From NCBI GenBank assembly GCA_950097015.1, contig CATNEN010000034.1, positions 4,402,001 through 4,466,000 on the forward strand: 64,000 nucleotides of DNA, written 5' to 3'. Below, piece after piece: positions 37,093-49,872 of the stretch (positions are counted from its first letter, which is position 1; each line of letters begins with the position of its first letter). A program made the translations under genes and the position numbers. The notes beneath the pieces are model-generated. The model searched no databases. It saw only the letters and a list, made by a program, of their open reading frames with translations, and had not been told where the DNA came from. Source of the stretch: Macrostomum hystrix (Eukaryota; Animalia; Platyhelminthes).

Positions 37093-40000
37093 ATGGCTGA
37101 CACAGAAACTAGAAAACTAGCTAAAGTGTCAGCTTTTGCTGCCTACCAGCAGATGAAAGAGCAGCAGAAGCAGCAGCAACAGCCAACTCCTGTCATTTTA
37201 AGTGTGGCACAGAATTATTTTACGAAGCAAGATGATCGCCAGAAGAAAAGAAAAAATAATCACAAATCTAACAGCCCTGCTACTAATAGTAGCGCGAAAA
37301 AGGCTAAACTGAATGTTGATTCTAGCAGTGGAAAGCAGAATCATGTCGGGCGTGAAGATTCTAGCTTGTCTACTGCAAGTAAAGTGGCTGTGGGTGGAGT
37401 TGCCGGGCCAAAAAGCAAGCGAAAGAAAAAAAAGCAACAAAAGCATGGGAAACAGCAGCCGCAAATGCAGCAGCAGCTGCAGCAAGGACTAGGGTTAAAA
37501 ATTTCCGCTAAAACCCCTACTGATTACGATGAAATTAGGAGTGGCAATTGCAGCTCTGAGACAGGGACTGAAGACGACTCAGTCATTGATCCTATGGTCG
37601 AAGCTACCGAAGTATTCAAAGAGATCATTGCTCCCGTTGGTGTTGACCAGTTCTTCAGCATCTACTGGGAGAAAAAACCATTGTTAGTTAAGCGCAATAC
37701 ACCTGGTCACTATGACGACTGGTTCAGCACTGCGGACTTTGACGAGTTGCTTCGAAAGCATCGCGTTATGTTTGGCGAACACCTTGATGTGACCAGCTAT
37801 AGAGACGGTACGGTTCTTGGCCATTTCTGCTTGTAATGATTGTCAGTCTGTAATAACAGTTTTTTAGGGCTACATAAATGGGTTTTGGCGTTGTGGTTAG
37901 AGCGTCGGATTCACGGCTTAAAGGTTGAGGGTTCGATTCCTGACTCCATGAAGTGGATGTGGCGTACCTCCAGTCCATGGGCAATAACTGCGGTTGTGCT
38001 GTCGGCTGCAAACTCATTTAGGGCAGGTGCAATCCAGTATTATTATTAATGTTGAGGTTACAACAATGGAATGTATATTCGAGGCCTTTTAAATTTCAAT
38101 TACGATTGGCTAGTGAGCGCTCTCACTACCTGAACTATGCTTTGCCTGTAACGCATGCATGCATTTTGGCCTCAGTATCTACAAATTCTATAAATTATAG
38201 CATAAAATTTTCACAGTCTACGAGAAAAGCTAAATTTGAAATCACAAACCAGTACAGTAAATGCCAGGAGCATTCAAAAAATGCAGTGCTTGATATATTT
38301 CAGGATTTGGGCAGGCCTGTTCAAACCAAATTTAATTGTATTATCGCCAAAACAATCAATTCCATTGCATGTTTAATTCTGCGCTTGCTTGATTTTTTCT
38401 GCAGTCTTTTTCACAGTTTGGTTCTAGCACAGTAAATCGCTCAGCACTTTCTGATCTCTAAATTGATAAAAGGAATGAAAAAAAGACAAATAATAGAACT
38501 AGTGTCTCAAGTATTTCGCTAGTCATTTAACAATATGTGGGCGTGCTGAATTTACCTTGTGTTGTCTTATCGGGCTGCTTTTTTGCGATAATAGGAAATG
38601 AAATCCCATGCGGGAGCTAGTCGGGCAGGTGATGTTCTGACAGATGGGTAATTCCCTTGATGATAGGTGAGATAGCAGGTAGCTAAACTGTGTTGTCCGC
38701 CTTAGTGTTGCAGCAATTTCTGCCATGAGGATACGAAAGATCTTGTTTAGTTTGGTTTAAATACGAGTATCAAATAATGAGTTGTTTTGAACACTTGTTA
38801 ATATTCTTTATTATTCATTTGCAAGAGAAATTCGAAATTAGTTCACTATTTTTGCGAATTTCACATTGAGCATGTAGATAGGGGGGGGCAACTTCCATCA
38901 CCAAATCAAGCGTCGATCAAGGTATACTCGTATATCTCCAGTGGCGTAGAAAGTATATTTTCACCGGATACTGTTTACCGAATCAACATCGTTAAAGTTG
39001 GCCACTGTAATCACTTTTCTCATTAAAGAACTACGAGTATGTATAAGCCGTTTAAAAATTAGTTGCAGTAGACAGTTAAAGTTCTGCTGATGTTGCACTC
39101 CAAACTCAACTTACTTGGTTCATGTGTCTCTGAATGAAACAGCTCCACAGGATCTTTCTACGGAGAGGTTGGCGATGGAATCGCTAGCAAAGAAATAGTA
39201 GATTTTCTCCGACTGACGTGCGTTTTCGTTCTTAATGCTTGTAGTTGCTGATGCGCATGTGCTGTGGGCCCATTTAGTATAAATGGAGAATCTTTCGACT
39301 GGTGCCTTCAAAAAAATGTTCGGCACTGCTGCAGGCTTCAGGTACCGTTTCTTTAGCAGGCCATCGTCCTTCTTGCGGTAGCTGTTCGTGTCGCGCATGT
39401 CACAGTTGACACATTTCGGAGCGAAGTGAAGCGAACAAGTGCGGGGTTGTTTTTCCGGCTGAAGCTGAGCTCCTCAGTCAACTTAGTAGCAGTCAAAGCC
39501 CGCTGATAAGTGAGGGGCGCCACGTAGTTTCGTCAGCCGATTTAGAGGCCGTGGCCTCATTGCCCCCTTTGGCTGCCTTATAATGCTCGTAAAATATCGA
39601 TCTAGGTAACTATCCGCGCCATAAAATTTCAATCGTTGTAGCTGCCTCTACGAGTACCATACTATGTCGATCGAAGTAGTTGCTTCCACCATTTTACCAC
39701 CTTGTAACTTTAATTTTTAATGACTGCATAAGAAAATAAATCGACTGTACAAGTGATCACACTGCACACAGCTTATCTGGAATTCTTGTAGGCAAGCGCG
39801 AGACGCACAACCCGGAGGGACGCGCCTTGGCCAGCCAGGCGTGGCAGTTCTATGAGTCCGGCTGCTCACTGCGCCTACTCTGTCCACAGGTGTTTCACGA
39901 GCGAGTCTATCAAAAGCTGAGCATTCTACACGAACAGTTCGGCGCTTTTGTTGGCGCCAATGTCTATCTAACGCCCCCTGGCACGCAGGGCTTCGCACCA

Positions 40001-43000
40001 CACTGGGACGACATCGAAGCGTTTGTCATGCAGCTGGAGGGTCGCAAGCACTGGCGAGTGTACGCGCCCAGGTCTCCGGCTGAGCGACTACCGAGAGAGT
40101 CAAGCGGTGCGTCGTTTAATGAGACTCTCTGTATGGTCTTTTAGTCTAATATGAACACTATATTCTAATAATATTTTCCAAGTATTACCACTGGTCCTTT
40201 AGTAGTTTTGTAAAGTGATTTTATAATGTTATATGACCAGTACCGTCCTTTTTGTGGTACTTTATTCTAAAGTGACGATTGATACTTCAGTGTCGTTTAA
40301 GATTCACGGGTTTTTAGTAGACCTTTAGCCAATTATGGCACTGGAGCCTCTCTGTGCACAAGCTGAAAACAAGAATGCATTAGAAAAGCCTATTTAAAAC
40401 TGTTTTTCGAATATTTAATCCCCTTGGCAATGGAATTAAGCTTAATAAAAATACGTGTACCGATTCGGGCCCATTTGTGATCTTTTGGCGAAGGAATTGT
40501 GAAAATCGGTTGAGCCGTTCGGGAGCTAGTCGATTGCAAACATACAAGCAAGATTTTCATTTTTAGTATATAAGATTAAAATTAGTCCTTTACTGATCCA
40601 TTAGTCTAATATTACCATTGGTCCTTTGGTAATTTGTAGGTTCTTTCGAACAACGATATAAACACGTCCTTTAGCCGAGTTATTTATACTTCAACCGCAG
40701 GCAACTTCGGGCCCAGAGACCGCCTAGGCCAGCCAATCATTGACGCAGTCCTGGAGCCGGGCGACCTGCTCTACATGCCTCGCGGCTTCATTCACCAGGG
40801 CCGCTGTCTGGAGGGCTTTCACTCGCTGCACATCACAGTGTCCACCTATCAGAAGTTCGCCTGGGCCGACCTGCTGTCTGAGGCGCTCTCTGGCGCACTG
40901 GAGCGAGCGGCTCGCGAAGACGTAGAATTTCGGCGCGGCCTTCCGCTGGGCCTTCTGGGCTTTGCCGGCTGCGTCTTTCGCAACGTCCGCGGCGAAGCGA
41001 ATCGGCAACGACGCGAAGCCGAGGAGCTGTGCCGCTCTTTGCTGGCCAGACTGTCTGCCCATGTCAGCCTGGACGAGGCTGCGGATAAACTCGCGTGCGG
41101 CCAGGTGAGAGGGCTTCAATCCGTATTCTGGTACGTAGGTTCAACCGTAGGGAGTGAGTGGAAGAGCAGTAACCCGTCTGCCTCTCGCACCAATGTCCCT
41201 GAGCTCGATTCCGCGGCGAGGCCATTTAGTTAAGTAGTCATTTAGTACGCAGCCGCGGAGAGAAGGCTTGGGGGCTTGTCGTGCAATTTACGCACGGACC
41301 GACCTCCAAGGCACAGTGAGAGTGCACTGACAATGAGAAAATAAAGGCAAATGTACGACCCTTTGTGAGAGTGTGCCAGTGTACAGTATATAGTGTGTGC
41401 ATTTGTGATCAGGGGTCAACGGAATCGGCAGAATTTTTTCGTCGCTGGCTGTGGTCCACGGTAATTAAAAGTTCTATTTTATTCCTAGCTTGCGGACTCC
41501 TTCTTTGATTTGTCTCTGATATAATGAAATGTCAGAATAGTCGTTCAAAAGCGAGAAAAATGGAAGATAGTACTCGCAACTTCCAGTCCTAATAATTGCG
41601 TGACTAATCAGCAGCCAGTCTACTGCAAAGCAAGGCAATTTCATCTTTCGTCTGACTTATTAGGGAATAAATTGAAAAATCAAATGCTCATTTTATGTAG
41701 AAGGAATCAATGATAAAATAACGACTTTATTTAAAATCTCTGGAGTGGAGATTCGTCTGTAGCCATCGAGTGCATGCTTGATTTTGTGAAAATCAATTAT
41801 TTTGTACCTCTTAACTTATAGGTCAAGAATTGCATGCAGCTGTTCCGAAGCTGAGGAATTCTATACAGTAACTAGCCCGCCCTCAGCCAGCGATTCTGCA
41901 TGCCCATTCATGCCCATTCTGATCCCTGAGCACACACGCACACAATTTTCTTACGCTGTACACCCACTGCGCCTTTGGGGCTGGCCCCTCAAGGGTATTA
42001 ATTAAATGGAAAGCTGAAATCAAAGTATTCTTGCCGCGTATTCGAGCTCAGGAACCTTGGTGCTACTGTTCTCTAGCACAGGAGTTATGTAACACAGATG
42101 AATGCAAATTAGTTTTAATCCGTCAATAAACAAGCTTGTCTATGCAGTCTATTCCCCTTAGACTTAACTGCAGGCTGTTCCTTAGCAGCGGGGAGGCGAG
42201 GGTCGCCCATACTGCTAACCCCTGTGGGCCCGCAGACAGGCGATGTCGCGGGGCCGGTCAGGGTGGTCCGCCAGTCCGTCCTTCAGGGTTGTCTTCCGTT
42301 GGGCTCGTCTTATCACCCGAAGAAACTGGATGAGCCGTGGGATGTTCTCGGGCTGGGAAACCTCGTCCATAGACGGGTTTGGCCCGAGGTAGCGTGAGTG
42401 TGTGCTGTTGTGCTGTCCCAACTCTGTTAACAGTAGAACGACCATGGGGGGATATTTCAAATGCCCACATTTTGTTTTTTTGTATCTTCTTAAATATTCA
42501 ACCAGTTGCCATGGAAATCCAGAACACGGGCTAAAATTTTACGCTCAATCCGATGAAACAACTTCTAGAACCACAAATCGTTGGTATCGTCGGGGTGTCT
42601 GGTGGCAATAAATCACCGATACAGGCATAATTTTCTGCTCACAAAATTTTATCATGCAACGTGTCGGCTATTATTGTTGATCATGTTTTTTTATTTTTAA
42701 ACCGAAATGGATTCGCCTTAGAGGTATATTCAGAGCAATCTTAGTTGTCCTTATCACCGGGGTCTTCGACAAGAATCGCTGAAAATATCGACGATGCTGA
42801 TGTCGGACGGATTTTCAAAGTCTGTTCATCGTAATGGGCAGAAAATTAGGATCCATATGGTGGACTTTCACGAAAATCGAACATTCGGTTTGGGGGCTCT
42901 CGTGAAGTAGGCAGCGGGTATTTGAAATACCTACGTGGTCTTTCCCCAGAAGGTCTTTCTACTGTTAAAGAAAGGACAGTGAGTGACAGACAAAGTGCTC

Positions 43001-43705
43001 AGCACTTTTGTTGTCCTACTCGCAAATGGGGCAGAGTTCACTGTCAAGGTCGCCCCCGGAGGAAGCAGTGGCGTGGAGATCCTTTCGGTTGTGGTTCAGG
43101 AGCATGTTCCAAGGCCTGCGAAGCCCGAGTCTCCAGTGCAATCTGTGCCCTATTATACAGCCAACCTCCAAGTGACGATGAGTGGTTATACCTTCCGTCT
43201 GTCAGTGAGAAATTACATTTGCTCATGTGAGCCGGTAGGAATAGAGAGATTTGCTTCCCATTTGATTAGGCAACTAATTAAATACTTATTTATTCAGGTG
43301 CGCGACGCCCTGCCGCCGGCTTTGGATCCCAGCGAGTCAGCCTGCAGCGCCTACGGCGCCGGACTCTCCTGGGACGCTCGTCGACTGCGTCCAACAGCCG
43401 GCGGTTCGCCTTCGGTTGTGAAGCTGACGTCGCGAGTTCGATTAGTTAGAAGAAGCGCCGCTCGTCTCACAGCCAATGGTCGCCTGCACACCAGCCTGGA
43501 TAACACGCGCGTCTTCCGCGAGACCGAGCCCTCCTATCTGGAGGTCGAGCCGTCACTGGCTCCTGGCGTGGCTGCTCTATCAGCCGCCTATCCTGATTTC
43601 CTCACAGTTGGGGACTTGCCGATAGCTGATCCGGCTGACCGGGTGGCTCTGGCTTCAGGACTGTACGATCGCGGCCTCCTGCTGATGCAAGAGTCAGATC
43701 AGTAA
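37093..43705 (+). CDS. RIOX1: Ribosomal oxygenase 1 / NO66 JmjC dioxygenase, 4 coding exons, 613 aa
   Basis: Exons 37093-37807, 39792-40106, 40701-41104 and 43298-43705 with matching phases. Motifs [43 protein letters not shown] (HxD), [16 protein letters not shown] (distal His), DALPP. Confidence 0.95.
37881..38048 (+). mobile_element. tRNA-derived SINE (NO66 intron 1)
   Basis: A box TGGCGTTGTGG, B box GGTTCGATTCC (37930-37940), ccagtccatg motif and a (tat)n tail. Confidence 0.75.
39120..39470 (-). mobile_element. THAP zinc-finger remnant, probably from a P-element-type transposon (NO66 intron 1)
   Basis: Minus frame [12 protein letters not shown]...[14 protein letters not shown] carries the THAP CSxHF and AVP motifs; the N-terminal CxxxC is absent. 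Confidence 0.65.
40380..40580 (+). mobile_element. Possible non-autonomous Helitron-like element end (NO66 intron 2)
   Basis: gtgaaaatcggttgagccgtt...caaacatacaag...tttttagtatataagat resembles, from recall and not a search, 3' ends of Lep1-type Helitron derivatives. Confidence 0.4.
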
Positions 43706-45516
43706 TTTGTTTACTTTTACACCTTTTAGACGATGCCTAGGCACAGATCTAGGCATGATTTCCCGCATCAACTATTGCTTTACATTTATCCAAAGTCTTG
43801 TGACGAAAAAAGTATAAACAGTTGCCTAATGCCTTTGAAGTGGCTCTGACGCATTTGAAGCCACAGTGTTGAAAAACCATTGGAAAATTAATCTTATCTT
43901 TTTGCAATAATTTTTCTTTTCCGACACTTTTGCAACAAAAATCTCACTCCCTCTGTCAAAGTTTACAAATTAAATGGCTAATTCTTTAGGACACAAATGC
44001 ATTGCAAATCGCGTGTTGTCTCCTAGCTTGTTTACTTGACTGGATGACTGCCCTCATTCTTTGCAGCCTGAAAACTGGCGGGAGGTCATCTTGACTCCCC
44101 CCCGCTGTGTCCATGATTTAATTGATTGATGCGGGTGCTCAGCCAGTTGTTTGTCGATTCGAAGGCCGACTTCAAGCCAAAGGTTTTTAATGAAAAAACA
44201 ATTTGTAATCAAGAAACTTTCGTGTCGATTCAACGAAAAACGGAATGCCTTAAAGTCCTCTACTTTGTTGCCTGCCCGCGACCTACGCAAGTTTTGAATT
44301 TTCGTAGGCAGCAAAAGAAACTTCACAACAAGGGCTCTTTGCTACAATGACTCGGTCTTTCAGTCCACTGAGACACGAGCATGCCCACCTCACAAGACCG
44401 TGTAGCGAAGCTACATATGCGGGCTTTGTACCCTCGATATGCGGGCTCAAGTTGGCCCTTGTAAAATCTGTGAGCAGATGACAGCGAGATTTTGTCATCT
44501 CTCATCCCATATCCTCATCTCATCACATTCATGCGATATTTTTGGCACTTTAAGCAATGAATGCCCCGATAAAAGAATACATTACGAAGCTGGCATGAAA
44601 CTGCTACTCATCTTGCAGGCATATTGAATTCTTCGGCTTCTTCAGCTCCAGGAATTCCTGGATACAAATTTCAAATATTGTTTCTGAAATCGGCACACTA
44701 TCTATAATCTATAATACAGTATGCGACTCAGAGCCATTATATTTGCGATAAACATCTGTCCAACTGATAGATTTGATTCGCCCTGGTTCCAAATGTTACG
44801 AGCAGGGATGTGCTAATGTTATTAAACAGGTTTATTTTTGAATTCAGAATCATTCCTCATTCTGAAGCTTTATAATCTAAAAGCATACTCTTTAAATTGG
44901 TCTGTATAAAATAAGGAAGTACTATAAAAATTATTCGATCATGTCGTGATGATCAATTAGAGCATTTATCATCCAAGGTATCGTTGTTCTTTGAGCACTA
45001 GCTGTCGATGATAAAAAACGGATTTAAGAGATTTCCTGTAGCCAAAAGAAGTCGATTTTTTTGTAGCGATCGCTCCGTTTGAAGTTTCCTTGAAGTCGCA
45101 TTGTCTCAAAAGGCAACAGTTTGTTTGGACTGACTCAACCCGCATTTGATTTCGTAGTAGAAAACAAAAATATGTGATTTAGATTTAGTGAATCACTGAT
45201 CGCTAATAAAACCCAGGCTATCCTTGATCGTCAATGCGACAAAGGATGTAGCGATAATATCGCATCGAGTCTTGCTAAATTTAAAGCATTTGCTCTGTCT
45301 ACTAGCTTATTATCGTCATCAAAATAGTAATTTCTCTTAAAAATCAGCACGAATCCGTATTGTAGTGTACATAATTCAAATCTTCTAGTACATAGTGATG
45401 CTTTGTCATAGTACTAAACTATCAGCCTGACACAACTGGTCTAAATGAAAGACGAATGAAAGTAATCTGAAATTTACAGCCTAAAGTTTACCTGTTTTCT
45501 TAGGGATTTTCACTGG

Positions 45517-45553
45517 GCTACAATCCCCCACTAGGCTACAACCCCACTAGGCT
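45517..45553. repeat. 17-bp minisatellite, left part (about 2 copies)
   Basis: ggctacaatcccccactaggctacaaccccactaggct; same unit and orientation as 49873-50190. Confidence 0.85.
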
Positions 45554-48500
45554 TACGAACTTGCCGGCGGCTTGGAAGGCGGTGGCCTGGTCGAGGTAGA
45601 CAGCACATTTGGTGAGACCGCGGCGGCACCAGAAGCGCTCGAAGGCATGGAGTACAGCATCGGCGGAGTAATCATAGAGGGTCTCGATGTGAAGAGCTCG
45701 TGTCGTGCAGCAGGTGACGAGCTCATCCTCCGCTGACACCGCTGACTCTCCCCAGCGCTTGGTGGAGAGTCGAAGCTTGCGGTCGTAGGTGAAGACGGGC
45801 CCGAGCTGGTCGACGAGCACGGAGGCGAAGGGACCAGCTTCAGCATCGAGTCGCTCCTTGCTCGACTTGCGGTTGGCCATTTCCTGGTGGTGCACGGGTT
45901 GAGCCTTTGGCGAGGCGGCACTGGATGCAGCTTGAAAGTGCTTCACGGACTGTCAGTAGGCCTTTCGGCACCCAGTATTTGTCGCGGAGCATTGCGAGGA
46001 CGGTTGAGGCACCAGCGTGGCTGCTTTGGCGGTGGAGGAGCAGGGCGAGCAGCTGGGTCAGGCAGTGGCCAGGTGGCAGCAGGAGCGGGTACTTGGAGTC
46101 TTCGTCCATGGAAGCGTTGGCAAAGCGACTACCCAAGCGGATGAGGCCGTCACAGAGATGAAGGTCCAGCTGGGCAATGATCCTCTCGGATTTAGGTCGG
46201 CCGGACTCGAGGGCCCGGATGACAGCACCGTAGCACTCAGTCTGGGCTGATCGAATCCAAAGAAGCAAGGCCGCCTGACGCTCAGCGTGGGAAGGCGAGA
46301 AGTCCTTCGAGAATGGCCGGTGCAGCATGAAGGCCTTCAGACGGAGGAAGTAGCAGGTGACACCAAGAATGCGTTCTAGCCGGTCGGAGCGTCTGAGTGG
46401 CGACGGATGCTGTAGCCGTCTTACTGGTCGGAACGCCGTCCAGAAGACGAGGATCAGGCATTGCAGCGGTCCAGGAAGGCCACTCTGTGAATGGCTCCTT
46501 GAGGAAGGCGGGTCCCTCGTAGTGGTTGGACTGTTGCAATTGAGCAAAGCTGAGCGGCTTTGAGCAGTGATGGGCAGGGTTCGCGGCCGTGGGCACGTAG
46601 ACGTCGGAGTCACGGGTGACGTCGGAGTCGAGGATGTGCTGAACGCGACGTGACTCGTAGGCACGGAGCTTTGTCCCGTTGGCAAGCCAGTAGAGCACGA
46701 TCTGGCTGTCGATAAAATGGGTGACCCCTTCGACCTTAAGGTGGTTTCGCAGAGCATCGAGAATGAAAGATGCGGCGCGGGTGGCCATGAGGGCGGACCA
46801 GAGCTCGAGGCGTGGGACGGTGACGAGCAGGCCTTTCCTAGCTGTAGGGGCAAGGCGGGTCTTGGCAAAGACGAGGCGGCAGGTGATGTTAGAGCCAAGG
46901 CACTGCCAGATATAGATGGTGAACCCGTAGGCGCCTGGGGAACCGTCTGAGAAGACGACGAGGCGGACCGGTTGGTCAGCATCCTGGAGAGCGAAGCGTG
47001 GGACAGTGATCTCGTCGAGGCGGAGGAGGTCGGGCAAAAGTTTTGCCCATGCCGCACGGAACTCGGGACGGACGGCTTCATCCCAGGAGTCTGAGGTTTG
47101 GAAGCTCTGGCGATAGAGGAGGCGGGCGCCGAGGATGAGCGGAGTGGCGTAGCCAACCGGGTCGAAAGGGGTGTAGACACCTCTGCAAAGAGTACGGCGG
47201 GTCAGCTCCTCGGGGCTCGGTAGGTTAGGCTTCTTGAGGGAGACGGCGTCGCGAACTGTGTCCCATCTGAGTCCTAGGAGGCCAACCGGGTTGTCGGCGA
47301 GGCGGTCCTCATCGGGTAGGTCAACGAGACAGCCGGGGATGTTGGTGGCGAACTCGCGGAGGTGGAAGCAAGCGCGATGGAAGAGCCCACGAAGGCGATG
47401 GATGAGGCGAGTCGCATCGTGTTCGGCGTCGGTTCAAACGAGATTGTCGACGTAGAGACCGCCTATGACGCGCTCCAGCTCAGTGCGGTAAAGGCCGGAG
47501 TCACCGGAGCTTAGAGCATCGTGGCAGATCTTGTGGAGGACTGCTAATGGTATCCAGGGGCTGGGAGATGCCCCCATGACAATTCGAGTGAAGCGCCAGA
47601 CCTCGTTATTGCCCTGAACGAGCGGCTTGGTAATGTCCTTTGGGAGGATGATGCGGAGGGCGTCGCGGTGTGGCTTGTGGACGCCGATCTGATAAAAGGC
47701 AGCCTTTAGATCAGATGAAATGGCAAAACGGTGGGAACGGTGCACTAGAAGAACCTGGAGCATGGAGGTCAGAATGTTGGGTCCGGTGTCCAGGAGGTCA
47801 TTGAGCGCAGTCCCAGCCAGAGAAGTCTTGGCGGAGACGTCGACGACGGGGCGGATCTTGGTTGTGCTTGAGCTCTTCTTAAAGACGGGGAAATGTGGCA
47901 GGACATGGACGACTGGGCCGGCTGGCTGGTCGGTCGTAACGAGTTCTAGGACTCCTTCGTCTTTGCGTTTCTCGAATTCTGCGTAATAGGCCTCGCGTTC
48001 GGGAAGACTGAGACGGCGGTGAGTGGCTTGAGCGAGACCGAAGGCCTGGCCAAAATTGGAAGGCAGAAGCTCTGCACCAGGCTTGAACGGCAGGTCGACG
48101 AAGATGCGACCGTCCGGGTCGCGGCTGGCGGTGGCTAGGAAGCGTCGGGAGGCGTCGTCTTGCATGCAGGGCTTTCCAGCGTCTTTGTCGATGCCCAGAG
48201 CTTCGAGATTCGACATGCTGTCGAGTAGCTATTCGAGACGGAGTCCGTTGTCGTTGAGATAGGTGTTAGCGACTAGTGCCTGAGACGAGCCTAGGAGACC
48301 GTTGACGCGGTTGTTCGTTGTGCCCAGGGAGCCGTTGAGGATGGCACCGAATGGTATCAGGGTAGGCCGTGAGCGTTGGGCGCAGCGCCAGAGCAGGAAC
48401 CGCGGGGCCGATGAGTAGTTGGTTGACGTCGCCGCCGAGGATGAGTTTAAGAGAAACGTCCCTGTCGTGAGCGGGCGGCAGGTTGCAGACGCCGTTGGGT

Positions 48501-49845
48501 ACGCTCTTGAGGGTGTTAATGACATCCTTTGGGAGGTTGACAGCAGGCATGTAGATTGGAGCTGCCAGCTGGTTGGAGGCGAGGGCGGTGATTGGCCAGC
48601 GGTGGCCGTCTGGAGCCTGGAGGTCAAAACTCACGAGATCCGCGGTGACATGGCGCCTGGATTGGGTGTGGAAGGTGGAGGTGGCGATCGTGAGTTTCCT
48701 GGCAGCCTTGAGGCCAAGCTTGCGCGCGACGGCGCCGTCGAGGTGAGAGAAGGAACAGCTAGTGTCGATGAGGATGTTGCAGGCGATGGCGCGGCCGTCT
48801 TTAGGGTTGACGGCCTTCGCGCGGAGAGTGGCCATGATGGTGGGAACGAGGCCTCCATCGACTGCGGCAGAGACAAGGGAGTTGGCCTCCTTGGAGTCGG
48901 CATCTCCAGCGGCGTTGAGGTGGCCGTTTTTACGAGGATTCGGTGAGCGATGGCCGGTGATGGTACTTTCGAATGTGGCCCCGTGGAGCGTGGTGTGGTG
49001 CGGGGCTTCGCATTCGCGGCAGCGTCGGTTGTCACGGCAGTCTTTGGTGTGGTGACAGCGGAGGCAGTTACCGCAGAGATTCTTCTGCCTGACGATCTTA
49101 AGGCGGTGGTCGGGCTTGCGAACCTTGTTGCAGGACATGGCAACAAGCCGTCGCAGTAGAGACAGTTCTTGCTGGACCTCCGGTGTTGTGGACCGGCAAT
49201 GGAGTGGAAACTGCGGTAGACCGTGGTGTAGTAGTAGTGCGATGAGCAGGTTCGGCACATAAAACTGTTGTCGGTCGTCGTTCGTTGCGAGCAGGTGTCG
49301 GTCTGCAAGCAGTGTCGCCTAAAAGAGCAGCGGATGCGTATGGCACAGCCGGCACGGTGGCGGACGCAGCCCGAAGCGTCTTGCGCTTGCGGTCGAGATG
49401 ATCCTGGAGCTCGGCCAGGTGGGTATGAGAGGCTGTCCGTTGGAAGCGCGAACATTGCGGATCTCGCTCTGAAGGTCAGGCGGAAGTCGGCTCCAGAGGG
49501 CATAGACGTACCCGTTGAGTGTGCAATCAAGCTCTCCAAGGCGGAGAAGTTGGCCGGTGGCCAGGCGAAGGGCATCTGCAAACTCCTCGAGCTCCTTAAG
49601 GTCGGAAGCGGAGCTGCAGTGAAGTGCGAGAAGGCGCTGGAATGCGGCGTTCTTTTGTTCTTGCGTGTCGGCGTAGTTGGCTTTGAGCACGCGGCATGCC
49701 TCGGCGTAGGCGTTCGGTTGGCAGGCATCGAGGACGCCCAGTTTCCTTAAAGCGGAGCCGGAGAGGAGACTTCGGAGTGCCTCGACCTTGTAAACGTCGT
49801 TAAGGCTGGAGCGGTCGACGCGGTAGAGGAAGGTGTCCCAGAAGC
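45554..49845 (-). mobile_element. BEL/Pao LTR-retrotransposon internal gag-pol fragment, frameshifted, no LTRs
   Basis: Order gag (FWDTF...NYAD, DUF1759-like; LCGNCL..HH..C..C..C..HHTTLH knuckles), protease (ILIDTS), RT (VLPHFPVFK...KIRPVVD, SDLKAAFYQI, LYVDN), RNase H (VFSDGS...AKTRLAP...TVPRLEL), integrase (HAG...KYW...CIQC; TCCTTRALHIE...RRG...YLDQATAF). This order and these motifs are diagnostic of BEL/Pao. Confidence 0.95.
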
Positions 49846-49872
49846 TACAAGCTACAACCCTTGTAGGGTTGT

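Noticed and set aside
37881-37950. Functional tRNA gene
   Set aside because: A and B boxes are present but the acceptor and anticodon stems do not pair; it continues into a SINE body and tail.
42983-43297. N-terminal part of the 240-aa ORF as NO66 coding sequence
   Set aside because: NO66 similarity starts at the tattcag| acceptor (43298); the upstream open frame is intronic.
45840-49750. Long overlapping ORFs (446 aa, 365 aa and others) in the BEL region as separate genes
   Set aside because: Alternative frames of GC-rich gag-pol; parts simply carry pol across frameshifts.
45536-49845. Programmed ribosomal frameshifting in the BEL block
   Set aside because: BEL gag-pol is normally one ORF; several scattered shifts without slippery sites indicate decay or sequencing error.
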